The notes under the pieces: generated by a model
Seen by the model: the letters and a program-made list of their open reading frames with translations, nothing else
Told to the model about the DNA's origin: nothing
The model's database searches: none
Made by a program: the position numbers and the translations under genes
Part shown: positions 10,222-20,739 of the stretch, in pieces
How the letters are laid out: each line of letters starts with the position of its first letter
How positions within the stretch are numbered: the first letter of the stretch is position 1
NCBI GenBank assembly: GCA_963767005.1
Contig: CAVYCN010000002.1
Span: forward strand, 608,001 to 672,000
DNA: 64,000 nt
Reading direction: 5' to 3'
Source: an uncultured Actinomycetes bacterium
GTDB taxonomy: Bacteria; Actinomycetota; Thermoleophilia; UBA2241

Positions 10222-12729
10222 CTACACACGCATGCGCGCGCCCGACGGGTCGTAGAAGGGCGCCGTCGACAGCGTCGCCGGCGCCCTCTCCCCCGCCACC
10301 TCGACCTTCACGTGAGCAGCGGCGAGCAGCGCGTCGATCTCGCCGGGCGGGACCTCGAGCAGCGCGAGCCCGACGGCCGCGCCCACGCTGTGTCCGTACG
10401 CCCCCGACGTCACCCGGCCCACGGGCCCGCCGTCGGCTCGCACAGGCTCGCCGCCGAGCAGGAGCGGACCGGGGTCGTCCAGCCTGATGCCGGCCAGACG
10501 ACGCGAGCGCCCCGCCGGCGGCCCGGCGAGCAGGGCGGCGCGACCGGTGAAGCCCAGCGGTTTGCCGTGCGCGACGGTCGCGCCGAGCCCGGCCTCGTCG
10601 GGCCGGTCGGCCGGGCCCATGTCCGCGCCCCAGTGCCGGAACCCCTTTTCGGCCCGCAGACCGTCGAGCGCGAGCATGCCGGCGAGACGAAGGCCGTGCC
10701 GCACGCCGGCGGCCGCCACCCGGTCGAACAGCGAGACCAGCGACTCGCTCGGCACGTAGAGCTCCCAGCCGAGCTCGCCCGCGTAGCAGACACGCAGGGC
10801 CAGAGCCCGGGCCCCGACGACCTCGATGGCACGGGCCGTGGCCCACGGGAAGGCGCCGGAGTCGAGCGCCTGGTCGGTGAGCTCCCGCAGCAGCGCCCGT
10901 GAACGCGGTCCGGCGAGCGCCAGGACGCCCAGCCCCGACGTGACGTCGGTCGCTACGGCTGAGCCGGCGCAGGCGCGCCGCAGCAGGACGACGACGGCGC
11001 GCTGCGTGACCGTGGGCGCGACCACGAGAAAGCCGTCGGGCGCGAGCCGGGTCACGGTGACGTCGGCCTCGATGCCGCCGCCGGCGTTCAGCAGGCACGA
11101 GTAGACGACAGACCCCAGGGGCCGGTCCACATCGGCGCTGCAGGCACGCTGCACAGCGGCGAGCGCGCCCGGCCCCTCGACCCGGACCTTCGCAAACGTC
11201 GACAGGTCGAACAGCGCGACCCCCTCACGCGCGGCGCGGTGCTCCTCGGCGACGGCGCCGAACCAGTTCTGCCGGCCGTACGAGTAGCGGTAGGCCGGCC
11301 GCACACCGGGCGGCGCGAACCAGTCGGGCCGCTCCCAGCCGGCGGCCTCACCGAAGCAGGCGCCGGCGGCGGCGAGGCGCTCGAACAGGGGGCCGCGGCG
11401 CAGCCCGCGGGCAGTCGCCGGCTGCAGATGGGGCCAATGCATGGCGTAGAGCCGGCCGAGCGTCTCGCGCGTGCGCTCGGCCAGATAGGCCTCGCCCGCC
11501 TGCTCTGGTGCGAAGCGCCGCACGTCGAGCTCGGCGACGTCGATGGTCGGAGCGCCACCCACGATCCAGGCTGCCAGGGCGCGGCCCAGGCCGGGCCCGA
11601 GGATGATGCCCTGGGAGTTCAGCCCGGCCGCGACGAACAGGCCCGTGACCTCGGCGGTCTCACCGACGAGCGGGGCGCCGTCGGGAGTGAAGCTCTCGGG
11701 CGCGTTCAAGAAGTGCTCGACCGCGACCTCGCGCAGGCCCGGCACGCGCCGTCGCGCCTTCTCGAGCGACGGCGCGAAGTGCTCCCAGCCGCCGGGCAGC
11801 TCGCCGAAGGCGAAATCGCCGGACAGCTCCGCGGGCGGGCACGGCAGACCGTCGGGCTCGAACGCCCCGACGACGAAGCCGCCGCGGTAGGGTCGTACGT
11901 AGACGTGGCCGTCGAGGTCACGCAGGATCGGAAGGCCGCGCTCGGCGCCCGCCACCGGCGCCGTCAGCGCCCACATGTGTTGCGCCGGATACAGGGCGAG
12001 AGGCACGCCGGCCAGGGCGCCGAGCGCGCGCGACCACAGGCCGGCCGCGATCACCACGACCTCGCACTCGATCGCACCGCGACCTGTCTCGACGGCGGCG
12101 ATCGCCTCGCCGTGCAGCCGCAGGCCGACGACAGGGCAGTCCTCGACCAGACGCACGCCGAGGTCGACGGCCGCTTTGGCCGTCGCCAGCGTGACGTAGC
12201 CGGGGTTGACGGTGGCGTCGCCCTCGAACAGCACGCCACCGACCAGCCCGTCCGGGTCGATGGGCGGCCAGGCCGCGGCGACGCCGGCAGGGTCGAGCCG
12301 CCGTGCGGGCAGGCCGTGGTAGCGAGCGAGGGCGAGACCATACTCGAGCTCCGTCATGCGCTCCGGGTCCTGAGCGACCGACAGCGAGCCGTTCTCATGA
12401 AAGCCGACGTCGATGCCCGTGCGCGCGCTCAGCCCGGCGTAGAAGTCGCGGCTGGAGCAGGCGAGGGTGGTCTGCACGTGGCTGCCGCGGGCCCGAGTGA
12501 CGAGACCGGCGGCGTGCCAGCTCGTACCGGAGCCCACACGGGCTCGCTCGACGAGCACGATGTCCGTCCATCCGAGCGCGGCGAGGTGGAAGGCGACCGA
12601 GCAACCGACGATGCCGGCGCCGATCACCACCACCCGCGCCCGCTGCGGCGGATCGTCCTCGCCGGCCGTCGGCGCGAACGGACGTGCCGTGATCGATGCA
12701 TCGCGCAGGCGCTCCTCGCCCGGGCTCAA
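10222..12729 (-). CDS. FAD-dependent GcvT-family oxidoreductase (dimethylglycine/sarcosine dehydrogenase-like)
   Basis: VVIGAGIVG, GTSWHAAG, PESFTPDG, GWERPDWF and a C-terminal GcvT folate-binding region (GELGWELY, LRAEKGFRHWG). Confidence 0.92.
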   Translation of the reverse strand: MSPGEERLRDASITARPFAPTAGEDDPPQRARVVVIGAGIVGCSVAFHLAALGWTDIVLVERARVGSGTSWHAAGLVTRARGSHVQTTLACSSRDFYAGLSARTGIDVGFHENGSLSVAQDPERMTELEYGLALARYHGLPARRLDPAGVAAAWPPIDPDGLVGGVLFEGDATVNPGYVTLATAKAAVDLGVRLVEDCPVVGLRLHGEAIAAVETGRGAIECEVVVIAAGLWSRALGALAGVPLALYPAQHMWALTAPVAGAERGLPILRDLDGHVYVRPYRGGFVVGAFEPDGLPCPPAELSGDFAFGELPGGWEHFAPSLEKARRRVPGLREVAVEHFLNAPESFTPDGAPLVGETAEVTGLFVAAGLNSQGIILGPGLGRALAAWIVGGAPTIDVAELDVRRFAPEQAGEAYLAERTRETLGRLYAMHWPHLQPATARGLRRGPLFERLAAAGACFGEAAGWERPDWFAPPGVRPAYRYSYGRQNWFGAVAEEHRAAREGVALFDLSTFAKVRVEGPGALAAVQRACSADVDRPLGSVVYSCLLNAGGGIEADVTVTRLAPDGFLVVAPTVTQRAVVVLLRRACAGSAVATDVTSGLGVLALAGPRSRALLRELTDQALDSGAFPWATARAIEVVGARALALRVCYAGELGWELYVPSESLVSLFDRVAAAGVRHGLRLAGMLALDGLRAEKGFRHWGADMGPADRPDEAGLGATVAHGKPLGFTGRAALLAGPPAGRSRRLAGIRLDDPGPLLLGGEPVRADGGPVGRVTSGAYGHSVGAAVGLALLEVPPGEIDALLAAAHVKVEVAGERAPATLSTAPFYDPSGARMRV

Positions 12730-12813
12730 GGCGCCCCCTTCGGATCTCGACGTGGGAAGGCCTTCCTACCCGCGCTGCGGTCCCGCCGCACCGTCGGCAG
12801 ACGCCGTGCGTGC

Positions 12814-12910
12814 GCCGCTCAGGCGTGCGTGGCTTCGCTGCGCGCCTAGTGCCGTCAGTCGACTTCGTCGCTGCCGCTCAGGCGTGCGTGGCTTCGCTGC
12901 GCGCCTAGTG
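12814..12910. repeat. 59-bp-period REP-like repeat, about 1.6 copies
   Basis: GCCGCTCAGGCGTGCGTGGCTTCGCTGCGCGCCTAGTG at 12814 and 12873; same family as 51776-51941. Confidence 0.9.
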
Positions 12911-14329
12911 ACTCGAGCCGACGGTCTCCTCGAGGGCGGCCTCGCGTGTCGCGTCCTCGGCGCGTTCGAGCGCCGGCAGCTCGACCGAGACCGGGGACAG
13001 CGCGTCGTCCACGGCGGAGCCCGCCGGCACGATCGTGCCGTGCCGCAGCGCCCGGATGCGACGCAGCTCGAAGCCCGCCCAGACGGCCACCGCCAGCGTC
13101 GCAAGGCCGCCCAGGGCGAGGGCGAAGCGCGCCCCGAACTGCTCGGCGAGGTAGCCGATCAGGGGCGAGCCGATCGGTGTCGTGCCCAGGAAGACCATCG
13201 CCCACAGCGCCATGACGCGGCCGCGCATGGCCGGCGTCGCGTACAGCTGCAGGAGCGAGTTGGCGGCCGCGATGAACATGATGCTGGCCGCGCCCATCGG
13301 CACGAGGAGGGCGAGCGCGAAAGGCAGGGTCGGCGCCGCCGCGACGGCCAGGATCAGGGCGCCGAAGGCGAGCGTCACCGCGACGAGCAGGCGGTAGCCG
13401 GGACGCTCCCGCGAGGCGATCACGAGCCCACCGCCGAGCGCCCCCACCCCCATGGCGGCCATGAGGCTGCCCAGCGTGCCGCCGCCACGGTGGAAGACGT
13501 CGGCGGCGAAGAGCGGCAAGAGAACGCCGAAGTTGTACGCGAGCGTGCCCATGACCGCCATCATGACGAGCGGTACGCGCAGCTCCCACCTGCTCCAGGC
13601 ATAGCTCAGCCCGGCCCGGATCTGACCCTTGGCACGCTGCACCGGCGGGCGGCGGTGCAAGTCGGACGGACGCATCGCCAGGAGCGCGCCGATCACGGCG
13701 GCGAACGAGACGGCGTTCACGAGGAACACGCGAGAGCAGGCGGCCGTCACACCAGCCGCGCCACCGCCCGAGAACGCCAGGATCAGGCCGGCCACGGCCG
13801 GCCCCACGATGCGCGACGCGTTCACGATGACGCTGTTCAGGCCGACGGCGTTGGCGAGGTCGTCGGGCCCGACCATCTCGACGGCGAAGCTCTGGCGTGA
13901 GGGGTTGTCGAACGCGTTGATGACGCCGTAGATAAGGGCGAGCGTCCACACCATCCACAGGCGGGAGTGGCCGCTCGCCACGACGAGCCAAAGGGCGACG
14001 GCCTGGACGGTGAAGGCCGCCTGGGTCACGAGCAGCACCCGGCGCTTGTCGACGCGGTCGGCAAGGAGGCCGCCGAACGTGCCGAGCACGAGCACGGGCC
14101 CGAACTGCAGCGCCAGCGTAAAGCCGAGGTCGAAGGCGTTGTGCGTGAGGACGCGGTAGACGAGCCAGCCCTGGGCCACGCTCTGCATCCAGGTGCCACA
14201 CTGCGAGACCGTCTGGCCGATGAACCACAGCCGGTAGTTGCGGGTCCGCAGTGAGCGGAAGGTGCGGTCCACGACGCCGGCGCGGCGGTTCAGGGCCTCG
14301 CCGGCCACGGTCGCCGGCAGGTCGCTCAC
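12905..14329 (-). CDS. MFS transporter
   Basis: GGLLADRVDKRR motif A, about 12 hydrophobic segments, MRGRVMAL. Confidence 0.93.
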   Translation of the reverse strand: MSDLPATVAGEALNRRAGVVDRTFRSLRTRNYRLWFIGQTVSQCGTWMQSVAQGWLVYRVLTHNAFDLGFTLALQFGPVLVLGTFGGLLADRVDKRRVLLVTQAAFTVQAVALWLVVASGHSRLWMVWTLALIYGVINAFDNPSRQSFAVEMVGPDDLANAVGLNSVIVNASRIVGPAVAGLILAFSGGGAAGVTAACSRVFLVNAVSFAAVIGALLAMRPSDLHRRPPVQRAKGQIRAGLSYAWSRWELRVPLVMMAVMGTLAYNFGVLLPLFAADVFHRGGGTLGSLMAAMGVGALGGGLVIASRERPGYRLLVAVTLAFGALILAVAAAPTLPFALALLVPMGAASIMFIAAANSLLQLYATPAMRGRVMALWAMVFLGTTPIGSPLIGYLAEQFGARFALALGGLATLAVAVWAGFELRRIRALRHGTIVPAGSAVDDALSPVSVELPALERAEDATREAALEETVGSSH

Positions 14330-14850
14330 TTGCCCTCTTCGAGGAGTCGCTCGAGCACGGGCAGGGCCTCGCGCAGGACGCTGATCTCGGCGGCGTCGAG
14401 CCGCCGCAGGCGCCGCGCGAGGTAGGCGGTCTTGCGGGTCCGCGAGCGCTGCACGACGCGCAGCCCCGCGGGCGTCAGGCTGACGCGAGCGACGCGGCGG
14501 TCGTGCAGGTCGGCCTCGCGACGCAGCAGGCCGAGGCCCTCGAGGGTGGCGACCATGCGAGTCACGCTCGGCGGCGTGACGCGTTCGCTCGCGGCGAGCT
14601 GCCCGAGTGTGATCGACCCCTGGCGCTCGACCGTCACGAGCGCCGAGTGCAGCGACGGGCTCAGGTCGCCGGGCGTCTCGCTCCGCAGCCGCCGGACGAG
14701 CCGATTGAGCACGAGCCGCAGCCGCGCAGCCATCTCGGGCTCGCTCTGCTGCGGCTCCTCAGCGACACCCGACACCGACAGCGTCGCGGAGCGAGTCGGG
14801 CCAGCGGTCTCCCGCAGCGGGTCGGCGGGCTTGTCGTCGATCGTCTCCAC
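14326..14850 (-). CDS. MarR-family regulator
   Basis: VTPPSVTRMVATLE...DRRVARVSLTPAG; TAAACT -10 box 7 nt before the GTG suggests a leaderless mRNA. Confidence 0.9.
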   Translation of the reverse strand: METIDDKPADPLRETAGPTRSATLSVSGVAEEPQQSEPEMAARLRLVLNRLVRRLRSETPGDLSPSLHSALVTVERQGSITLGQLAASERVTPPSVTRMVATLEGLGLLRREADLHDRRVARVSLTPAGLRVVQRSRTRKTAYLARRLRRLDAAEISVLREALPVLERLLEEGK

Positions 14851-14991
14851 GGCAGATAGTTTACCACGTTAATTACCTTGGTGAACAAAAAACCCATGGC
14901 TGCGCCGCTGATCCGCCCGCTCAGGCCGATCGCCTGATCCGCCCGGTCGGGCCGCCGCCTGATCCGCGGGCTGCTGCTGCTGACCCGTCGC

Positions 14992-16944
14992 TCAGGCGGC
15001 TGTGGCCTCTCGGCCGGTGGCGAGCGTCGACCTGGCCCGGGCGACCCGCACGGCGGTCTGCAGCGCTTCGATGTCGTAGACGCCGTAGTGGCGCCGGCCA
15101 TTCACGAAGAACGTGGGCGTGCCCGACACCCCGGACAGGTCGGCGCTGTCGACGTCGCGGACGATGCGAGCGACGCCGGCATGGCGGCGCAGGTCGTCGG
15201 CGAAGCGCTCCTCGTCGAGGCCGATATCGCGCGCGTAGGCCAGCAGGTCGGGCACGCGCAACCGGCCCTGATGGACGAGCAGCACGTCGTGCATGCCCCA
15301 GAAGGCGCCCTGGGCGGCGGCCGCCTCCGACGCCTCGGCGGCGAGCTGGGCCGACGGGTGGACGTCGTTCAGGGGCAGATGGCGCCAGACGTACCGTACG
15401 TCGCCCGCGTCGGCCATGAGCTCGCGCACCACCGCTTCAGCCTGGCCGCAGTACGGGCACTCGAAATCGCCGTACTCGACGAACGTGACCGGCGCGAGCC
15501 GCGGCCCCCTGATGTGGTCGTGCTCGTCGTCGACCGGGACGGCCAGGTCGACGATGGGTTCGACCGCACCCATCAGAGCCCGCAGGCGCAGCGGTCGCGG
15601 CAGCAGGGCGGTCACGCGAAACACGGTCCAGGTCGACACGGCGGCCAGCAGCGCGCCGGCCAGCACGCCGAGCTTCGCCTCCTCGAGCACCTGGCCGCGG
15701 AAGGCGAGCGCGGCGACGAGCAGCGAGACGGTGAAGCCGACGCCGGCGACAGCGCCACCGCCGGCGACCGCCGCCCACCCCACCGGCGGCCGCAGCCGGC
15801 CGCGACTCACGCGGCTCACGAGCAGCGACACGCCCAAGATGCCGGCGGGCTTGCCGACGACGTAGCCGATCACGATCCCCAGCGTGACCGGCGACGACCA
15901 GGCCCGGCCGAGAAAGCCGCCGCCGAGAGGGATGCCGGCGTTGGCCAGGGCGAACAACGGCACGATCACGTAGCTCGTCCAGGGGTGGAAGCGCTGGGCG
16001 AGGCGCTCGTTGGGCGAGATGGCCGACTCCACGCTGGTGCGTGCCTCGCGCGCGAGCTCGGGCGTCGGCTGCTCGCGGAACAGCCGGAAGCGCTCGGTCG
16101 CGCGCTCCAGATCGGGGCGCGATGCGGGGTAGGCCGACACCAGCAGACCCATGGCGAGGCCCGTCACGACCGGGTCGACGCCCGACTGCTGGAGGCCGAT
16201 CCAGGCGCCGACGGCGAGGACGGCAAACAGCGGGCCGATCCAGCGTCCGGCCAGGCGCAGCGCCAGCACGACCCCGAGCAGCGCGACGGCCCCGACCAGG
16301 GGGACCAGCGTGAGGCGCTTCGTGTACACGGTGGCGATCACGACGAGGGCGACGAGGTCGTCGACCACGACGACGGTCAGCATGAAGGCGCGCAAGCGGT
16401 CGGGGAAGCGCGGGCCGACCAGGGCCAGCGTGCCGAGCGCGAAGGCGGTGTCGGTCGACATCGCCATGCCCCAGCCGTGCCCGGCGGGGCCGCCGGCGTT
16501 GAAGGCGAGGTAGATGAACACGCCGGCGGCCATGCCCGACAGGCCGGCGAGCAGCGGCACGGCCGCCCGCCGGCGTTCGCGCAGCTCGCCCATGTCGAAC
16601 TCGCGGCGGGCCTCGAGCCCGACGACGAAGAAGAAGAACGCCATGAGGCCGCCGTTCAGCCACTGACGCAGGTCCTGAGCGAGCACGGCCGGGCCCACGC
16701 GAAGCGCGAACGTCGTGCCCCAGAGCCTGTCGTACGAGGAGCGCGCCGCGTTCACCCACACGAGCGCGGCAAGCGTGGCGGCGAGCAGGATCGCCGCGCT
16801 GCCCGTCTCTGTGCCCAGGAACTCGCGCAGCGGGGTCTCGAGGTGCCGGGCCCAGGCCGTGCCCCGAGCGGCCGGGGCCTGGCGGTCGGCGGACCGCACC
16901 TCCGGCCGACCCGACGTCCGCCTGCGTTGGGGCGCGCCGGTCAC
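14992..16944 (-). CDS. nhaA: Na+/H+ antiporter NhaA fused to a DsbA/thioredoxin domain
   Basis: GWGMAMSTDTAFALG, VVDD, VPLFALANAG; C-terminal EYGDFECPYC and GTPTFFVNG. Confidence 0.92.
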   Translation of the reverse strand: MTGAPQRRRTSGRPEVRSADRQAPAARGTAWARHLETPLREFLGTETGSAAILLAATLAALVWVNAARSSYDRLWGTTFALRVGPAVLAQDLRQWLNGGLMAFFFFVVGLEARREFDMGELRERRRAAVPLLAGLSGMAAGVFIYLAFNAGGPAGHGWGMAMSTDTAFALGTLALVGPRFPDRLRAFMLTVVVVDDLVALVVIATVYTKRLTLVPLVGAVALLGVVLALRLAGRWIGPLFAVLAVGAWIGLQQSGVDPVVTGLAMGLLVSAYPASRPDLERATERFRLFREQPTPELAREARTSVESAISPNERLAQRFHPWTSYVIVPLFALANAGIPLGGGFLGRAWSSPVTLGIVIGYVVGKPAGILGVSLLVSRVSRGRLRPPVGWAAVAGGGAVAGVGFTVSLLVAALAFRGQVLEEAKLGVLAGALLAAVSTWTVFRVTALLPRPLRLRALMGAVEPIVDLAVPVDDEHDHIRGPRLAPVTFVEYGDFECPYCGQAEAVVRELMADAGDVRYVWRHLPLNDVHPSAQLAAEASEAAAAQGAFWGMHDVLLVHQGRLRVPDLLAYARDIGLDEERFADDLRRHAGVARIVRDVDSADLSGVSGTPTFFVNGRRHYGVYDIEALQTAVRVARARSTLATGREATAA

Positions 16945-17131
16945 GGCATGCGGGTCGCGGGTATCGTCGCTCGTCGTCGTCTCGTCATCGTCGCTCGAAG
17001 GCGGTGCCGTCAGGACTGCCTTGGGCGTTCCCCGCCGGGGACGACCTCACGCTCGTCTGCCGATCGGCTCTTCTCGGCGATCGCGCGCGGGCCCGCGCGA
17101 CGGCTCGTGCTATCGTTGACACCGGCCGCCC

Positions 17132-17642
17132 TGTGGAGGACGTCATCGAGCCCGACCTGCGTTACCGCGACGCCGACTATCGCCTGGCCGACCTCGTCGT
17201 CGCCCTGCTCGCCTTCGACCGCCGCGAGTGCGGCGAGAACTCCACCTTCTCATATGTGACGACGACCGGGTCGCAAGGCGGCCACACTCCCGCCGGCGAG
17301 CACCGGCCGCGGGAGCGGGTGTCGCGCCTGCTGCGAGCCGTCGCCGACGGCGCCTGGCTGTTCCTGCCCTTCTGCGTGTTCTCCGCCGACCACGCACGCT
17401 GCGCCGACGGCGCCCGCCCCGGGCGCCGGCCCGCCTCGGAGCGGGCCGGCGCGGGCTGGCTCGGCCGGGCCCGCGCCGGCGACTGCGTCGGCGTGCTGCT
17501 GAGTCGCGAGGGCGAGTCGCTCGTGGTGCGGCCGGCCTTCAACGAGTGGCGCGGCGGCGACTCGCTGATCGCGGTCGCCGACGACCTGGCCGCGCTGGGC
17601 GCGCCCCTCCGGCGGTTCATCGACTCGTTCGCGCGGCGCTGA
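17132..17642 (+). CDS. Hypothetical protein (start uncertain)
   Basis: GC3-biased open frame, VEDVIEPDLRY...FIDSFARR; no recognisable motif. Confidence 0.5.
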
Positions 17643-17812
17643 CGCTCGCTCAGGGGTCGGGAACCCGGTTCCCACGCTTGTGCGGAGCGGCCCGCCCTGG
17701 GCCGACCTCTCGGCGGGCGACAACGTCAACCTGAGCACCACACCACCGGACCCGAGACGCGACGGGAGGGCGAGCCTCCTGCGGCTCGCCCTCCCGTCGG
17801 CGCGGTCGGTCG

Positions 17813-17883
17813 GCGCGCCCGCCGTTGCCAGGCCCAGGGCGCTCCGTTCACAAGCGCGCCCGCCGTTGCCAGGCCCAGGGCGC
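17813..17883. repeat. 30-bp direct repeat, two copies
   Basis: GCGCGCCCGCCGTTGCCAGGCCCAGGGCGC at 17813 and 17854. Confidence 0.8.
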
Positions 17884-17973
17884 GCCCCCGCTTTCGTGGC
17901 GCGAGGCCGGCACGGCCTCGCGCCTGCGGTGCGCCCGCCGGTCGTCGGCCCGGGCGCGCCGCCGCCGGCCGTG

Positions 17974-18537
17974 CTAGCTTGCCATCGGCACCGTCTGCAC
18001 GACCGTGCTCTTCGTGCCGTCCCGACCGACGGCGTAGATCTCGATCTGCCCCCCCACCTCATGCGGGTCGACGACGTAGTCGATCACGATCGTGCCGCGC
18101 AACCTGGCCACGGTCAGGTCGCTCGCGGCGTACCTGTCGGCCGCGAAGCCGGGGGCGCTCGTGATCCAGATGGCGGGCGGGGTGCCGCCCGCGGGCAGCG
18201 TGTCTTTGTCGACGACGCGGTCCGAGCCGGTGCAGGGGTTGACGACATGCAGGTCGCCGCCGACCCGGCGTCCGTTGCTCAGGTCGCCTGCGAGCCACCC
18301 GCGAGCAACCGTGACGGCGCCGGTGAGCGAGGTCGGTCCGGCGTCCTGCACGTCGGCCCACGACGTCTGGACCGGCGTGGTCACGTTGCGCGCGTTGGCG
18401 ACGAGCAGCACGTCTTCGGCTTTGCTCCGCTCGCTCGCGTACACAGGACAGGCCACCACGCTGACGACGCCGAGCGCGACCACGACGATCAGCAGCTCGA
18501 GGAGGCTGAAGCCCCGCTGGTCGTGACGTCGTCTCAT
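17974..18537 (-). CDS. Type IV pilin-like protein
   Basis: RGFSLLELLIVVVALG prepilin cleavage motif; GGAGGAG RBS before the ATG at 18537. Confidence 0.88.
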   Translation of the reverse strand: MRRRHDQRGFSLLELLIVVVALGVVSVVACPVYASERSKAEDVLLVANARNVTTPVQTSWADVQDAGPTSLTGAVTVARGWLAGDLSNGRRVGGDLHVVNPCTGSDRVVDKDTLPAGGTPPAIWITSAPGFAADRYAASDLTVARLRGTIVIDYVVDPHEVGGQIEIYAVGRDGTKSTVVQTVPMAS

Positions 18538-18676
18538 GGTCTCCTCCCAAGGCCTCGTCGTCTCTGCGTTACACAGCATCGGGCGCCGCCTTCCTGACGT
18601 CCATGGGCATCGCTCCCTATTTCCGGCTCCCGGGCAAGGGTGACGGACTCCGCGGGGGTGTGTAGAGTGCTCAAGC

Positions 18677-19555
18677 GTGAGGGTCCTGCCCGAAGCGCTC
18701 CCAGACGCCCCCCACGTCGGACCGACGCCCGTGCGTGTCGGCGGCATGGCGTTCGGCAACGGCGTGCTCATGAGGAGCGTACGGTTCTGGGCCTGGGCCC
18801 GCGACGACGGCAGCGTCCTCGACGGCCCCGTGCTCAGCCTGCTCGACCGCTACCCCCTGCTGCGCTGGCCGCTCGTACGCTCGCTCGTCGCCTTCGCCGA
18901 GATGGTCGTCTTCGCCGTGCGGCTCCACCGGCGCAACGGTCGCCGCCCGAACGGCCGGCTGCTCGCCTGGCTCGGGCTGTGCCTGGTGGCCGGCGCGTGC
19001 CTCGACGAGGCGGCCGGCGGCCTGGGCGCCGCTGGTCTGCCCGGCGAACTCGCCGTGGACATCGCCAGCGTCGCGCTCGCCCTGGCGGCGCTCCGCCTGG
19101 GCATGGGCCGCGACGTGTGGCGCTACCACGGCGCCGAGCACAAGGCGGTCAACGCCTACGAGGCCGGCGCCGACCTCTCCGACCTGGATGCCGTGGGCCG
19201 CTTCAGCCGTGTCCACGACCGCTGCGGCACCAACCTCACCGTGATCATCGTGGCGCTCTCGCTCGCCTACCTGCCGTTCGGCGCCGGGTCGGTCGGCGAG
19301 GCGCTCGGCATCGCCTACGGCCTGCTGGCAGTGGCCGTCTCGCTCGAGCTCTTCCGCCTGGTCACGCGCCGGCCGCAGCTGCTCGCCTGCCGGGCCGTGC
19401 TCCTGCCCGGCCGCGCCCTGCAACGCTGCTGCACGACGCGCGACCCGCGGCGGGACCAGCTGGCGCTCGCCTGCCTGGCCCTCGGTCGGGTCGTCGCGCT
19501 CGAACGAGGGATGGCCGTCCCTCAGATCGCCGGCGTCGGCGCGGACGACGTCTGA
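18677..19555 (+). CDS. DUF1385-family membrane protein
   Basis: VGGMAFGNGVLM, YHGAEHK, SRVHDRCGTN motifs; the true start may be 18731. Confidence 0.85.
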   Translation: MRVLPEALPDAPHVGPTPVRVGGMAFGNGVLMRSVRFWAWARDDGSVLDGPVLSLLDRYPLLRWPLVRSLVAFAEMVVFAVRLHRRNGRRPNGRLLAWLGLCLVAGACLDEAAGGLGAAGLPGELAVDIASVALALAALRLGMGRDVWRYHGAEHKAVNAYEAGADLSDLDAVGRFSRVHDRCGTNLTVIIVALSLAYLPFGAGSVGEALGIAYGLLAVAVSLELFRLVTRRPQLLACRAVLLPGRALQRCCTTRDPRRDQLALACLALGRVVALERGMAVPQIAGVGADDV

Positions 19556-19814
19556 CCGACACGGTCCGCGCGGACCATGCGGCGCCGATGGAGCGCGACG
19601 GGGGAGCTATCGACCGCCCTGAACGGTGAGGCCGCACGACCCCCTGGGAAGCGAGATTGCCAGACCCTGCCCAGGCGTCGGCGCCGGCGGGCGCCGCGCA
19701 CGTCGGCGGAGGGAGCGAGGAAGGGCGCTCCCGCCGCCGTTCCTGCGCGAACGGCGGCGCTCCCGCACGACCGGGGAACACCTTCTGCCGGACACCCGGA
19801 CCGAGGAGTCCACG

Positions 19815-19955
19815 CTCGCCAGCCTGACCGCGCACACCACGCGCCGCTTCGCCGTGCCCGACCTGCGCCGCGCCGGCCTGCTCGTGGGCGGCATCCTGCT
19901 CATCGTCGGCTTCGGCCTCATCATCTACGCGCTGCACTTCGGCACCACCCTCTGA
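19815..19955 (+). CDS. Putative small single-pass membrane protein without a canonical start
   Basis: GAGGAG + 6 nt + CTC, then ASLTAHTTRRFAVPDLRRAGLLVGGILLIVGFGLIIYALHFGTTL with strong GC3 codon bias. Confidence 0.5.
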   Translation, partial: LASLTAHTTRRFAVPDLRRAGLLVGGILLIVGFGLIIYALHFGTTL

Positions 19956-20025
19956 GGACTCATGCCCCGCCACGCGAGACCCGGCGTGCCACGGCTACCC
20001 GGCGCGCCTGTAGTCCGAGACGAGT

Positions 20026-20736
20026 CTAGGCCAGGCCGGTCGCGGCCAGGAAGTTGGCGGCAAGGCGGTCGCAGAGCGCCGCCGAGGCCGGCAGGCGCAC
20101 GCGGCTCTCGGCGAGCAGGGTGTCGGCATCGGAGGCGGCGACCTCGCGCGCCGACCGCGCGTCCTCGCCGAACCACCCGGCGACGATCTCGAAGGTCACC
20201 TCGGGGTGGAACTGGACGCCCCACGCGGCGGCGCCGACCCGGAACACCTGCGGGTCGCCATCGCCACTCGCCGAGAGCACCGCCTGCTCGGGCAGGCGAC
20301 AGGCGTACCAGCGCCAGTGGAAGACACGCGTCGTGGGGTCGATACCGGCGAGCAGCGGATCGTCGTCCTGCACGGTGAAGGGGCGCCAGCCGAGACCCAG
20401 GCTCACGCGCCGCCTCACCCCGCCCCCGCAGGCAGCGGCGAGCTGCTGCGCGCCCAGACAGATACCGAGGGTGGGCAGGCCGGTCGCCACGGCCTCGCGC
20501 AGGAGCTCCCGCTCGGCGAGCAGGAAGGGGAACCGCTCCTCTTGGCCGACGTTCATGTCGCCGCCGAGCACGATCAGGGCGTCGTGGCCGTCGAGGTGCG
20601 CCGGCGTCGCGTCGCCGGCGCACAGGACGCGCTCGTCGAGGCGCAGGCCGGCGGCCCGCAGCGCCCGACCGAACAGACCGGCCGGCGCCGCCGGCTCGTG
20701 CTGCAGGACCAGGGCGAGCGGCGCGCGATCGCTCAC
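20026..20736 (-). CDS. Type 1 glutamine amidotransferase-like protein
   Basis: LGICLGAQ nucleophile motif and GVQFHPE. Confidence 0.9.
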   Translation of the reverse strand: MSDRAPLALVLQHEPAAPAGLFGRALRAAGLRLDERVLCAGDATPAHLDGHDALIVLGGDMNVGQEERFPFLLAERELLREAVATGLPTLGICLGAQQLAAACGGGVRRRVSLGLGWRPFTVQDDDPLLAGIDPTTRVFHWRWYACRLPEQAVLSASGDGDPQVFRVGAAAWGVQFHPEVTFEIVAGWFGEDARSAREVAASDADTLLAESRVRLPASAALCDRLAANFLAATGLA

Positions 20737-20739
20737 GGC

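Noticed and set aside
10200-10225. ZTP riboswitch upstream of glyA (GCCGTCGCCTGGGC on the minus strand)
   Set aside because: Only the 3' motif is present; the 5' ACTGGCG pairing partner is missing and that region is coding sequence
19590-19680. Cobalamin or c-di-GMP riboswitch (CTGGGAAG...GCCAGACCCTGCC)
   Set aside because: The conserved 5' core elements are not visible; an Infernal/Rfam scan would be needed
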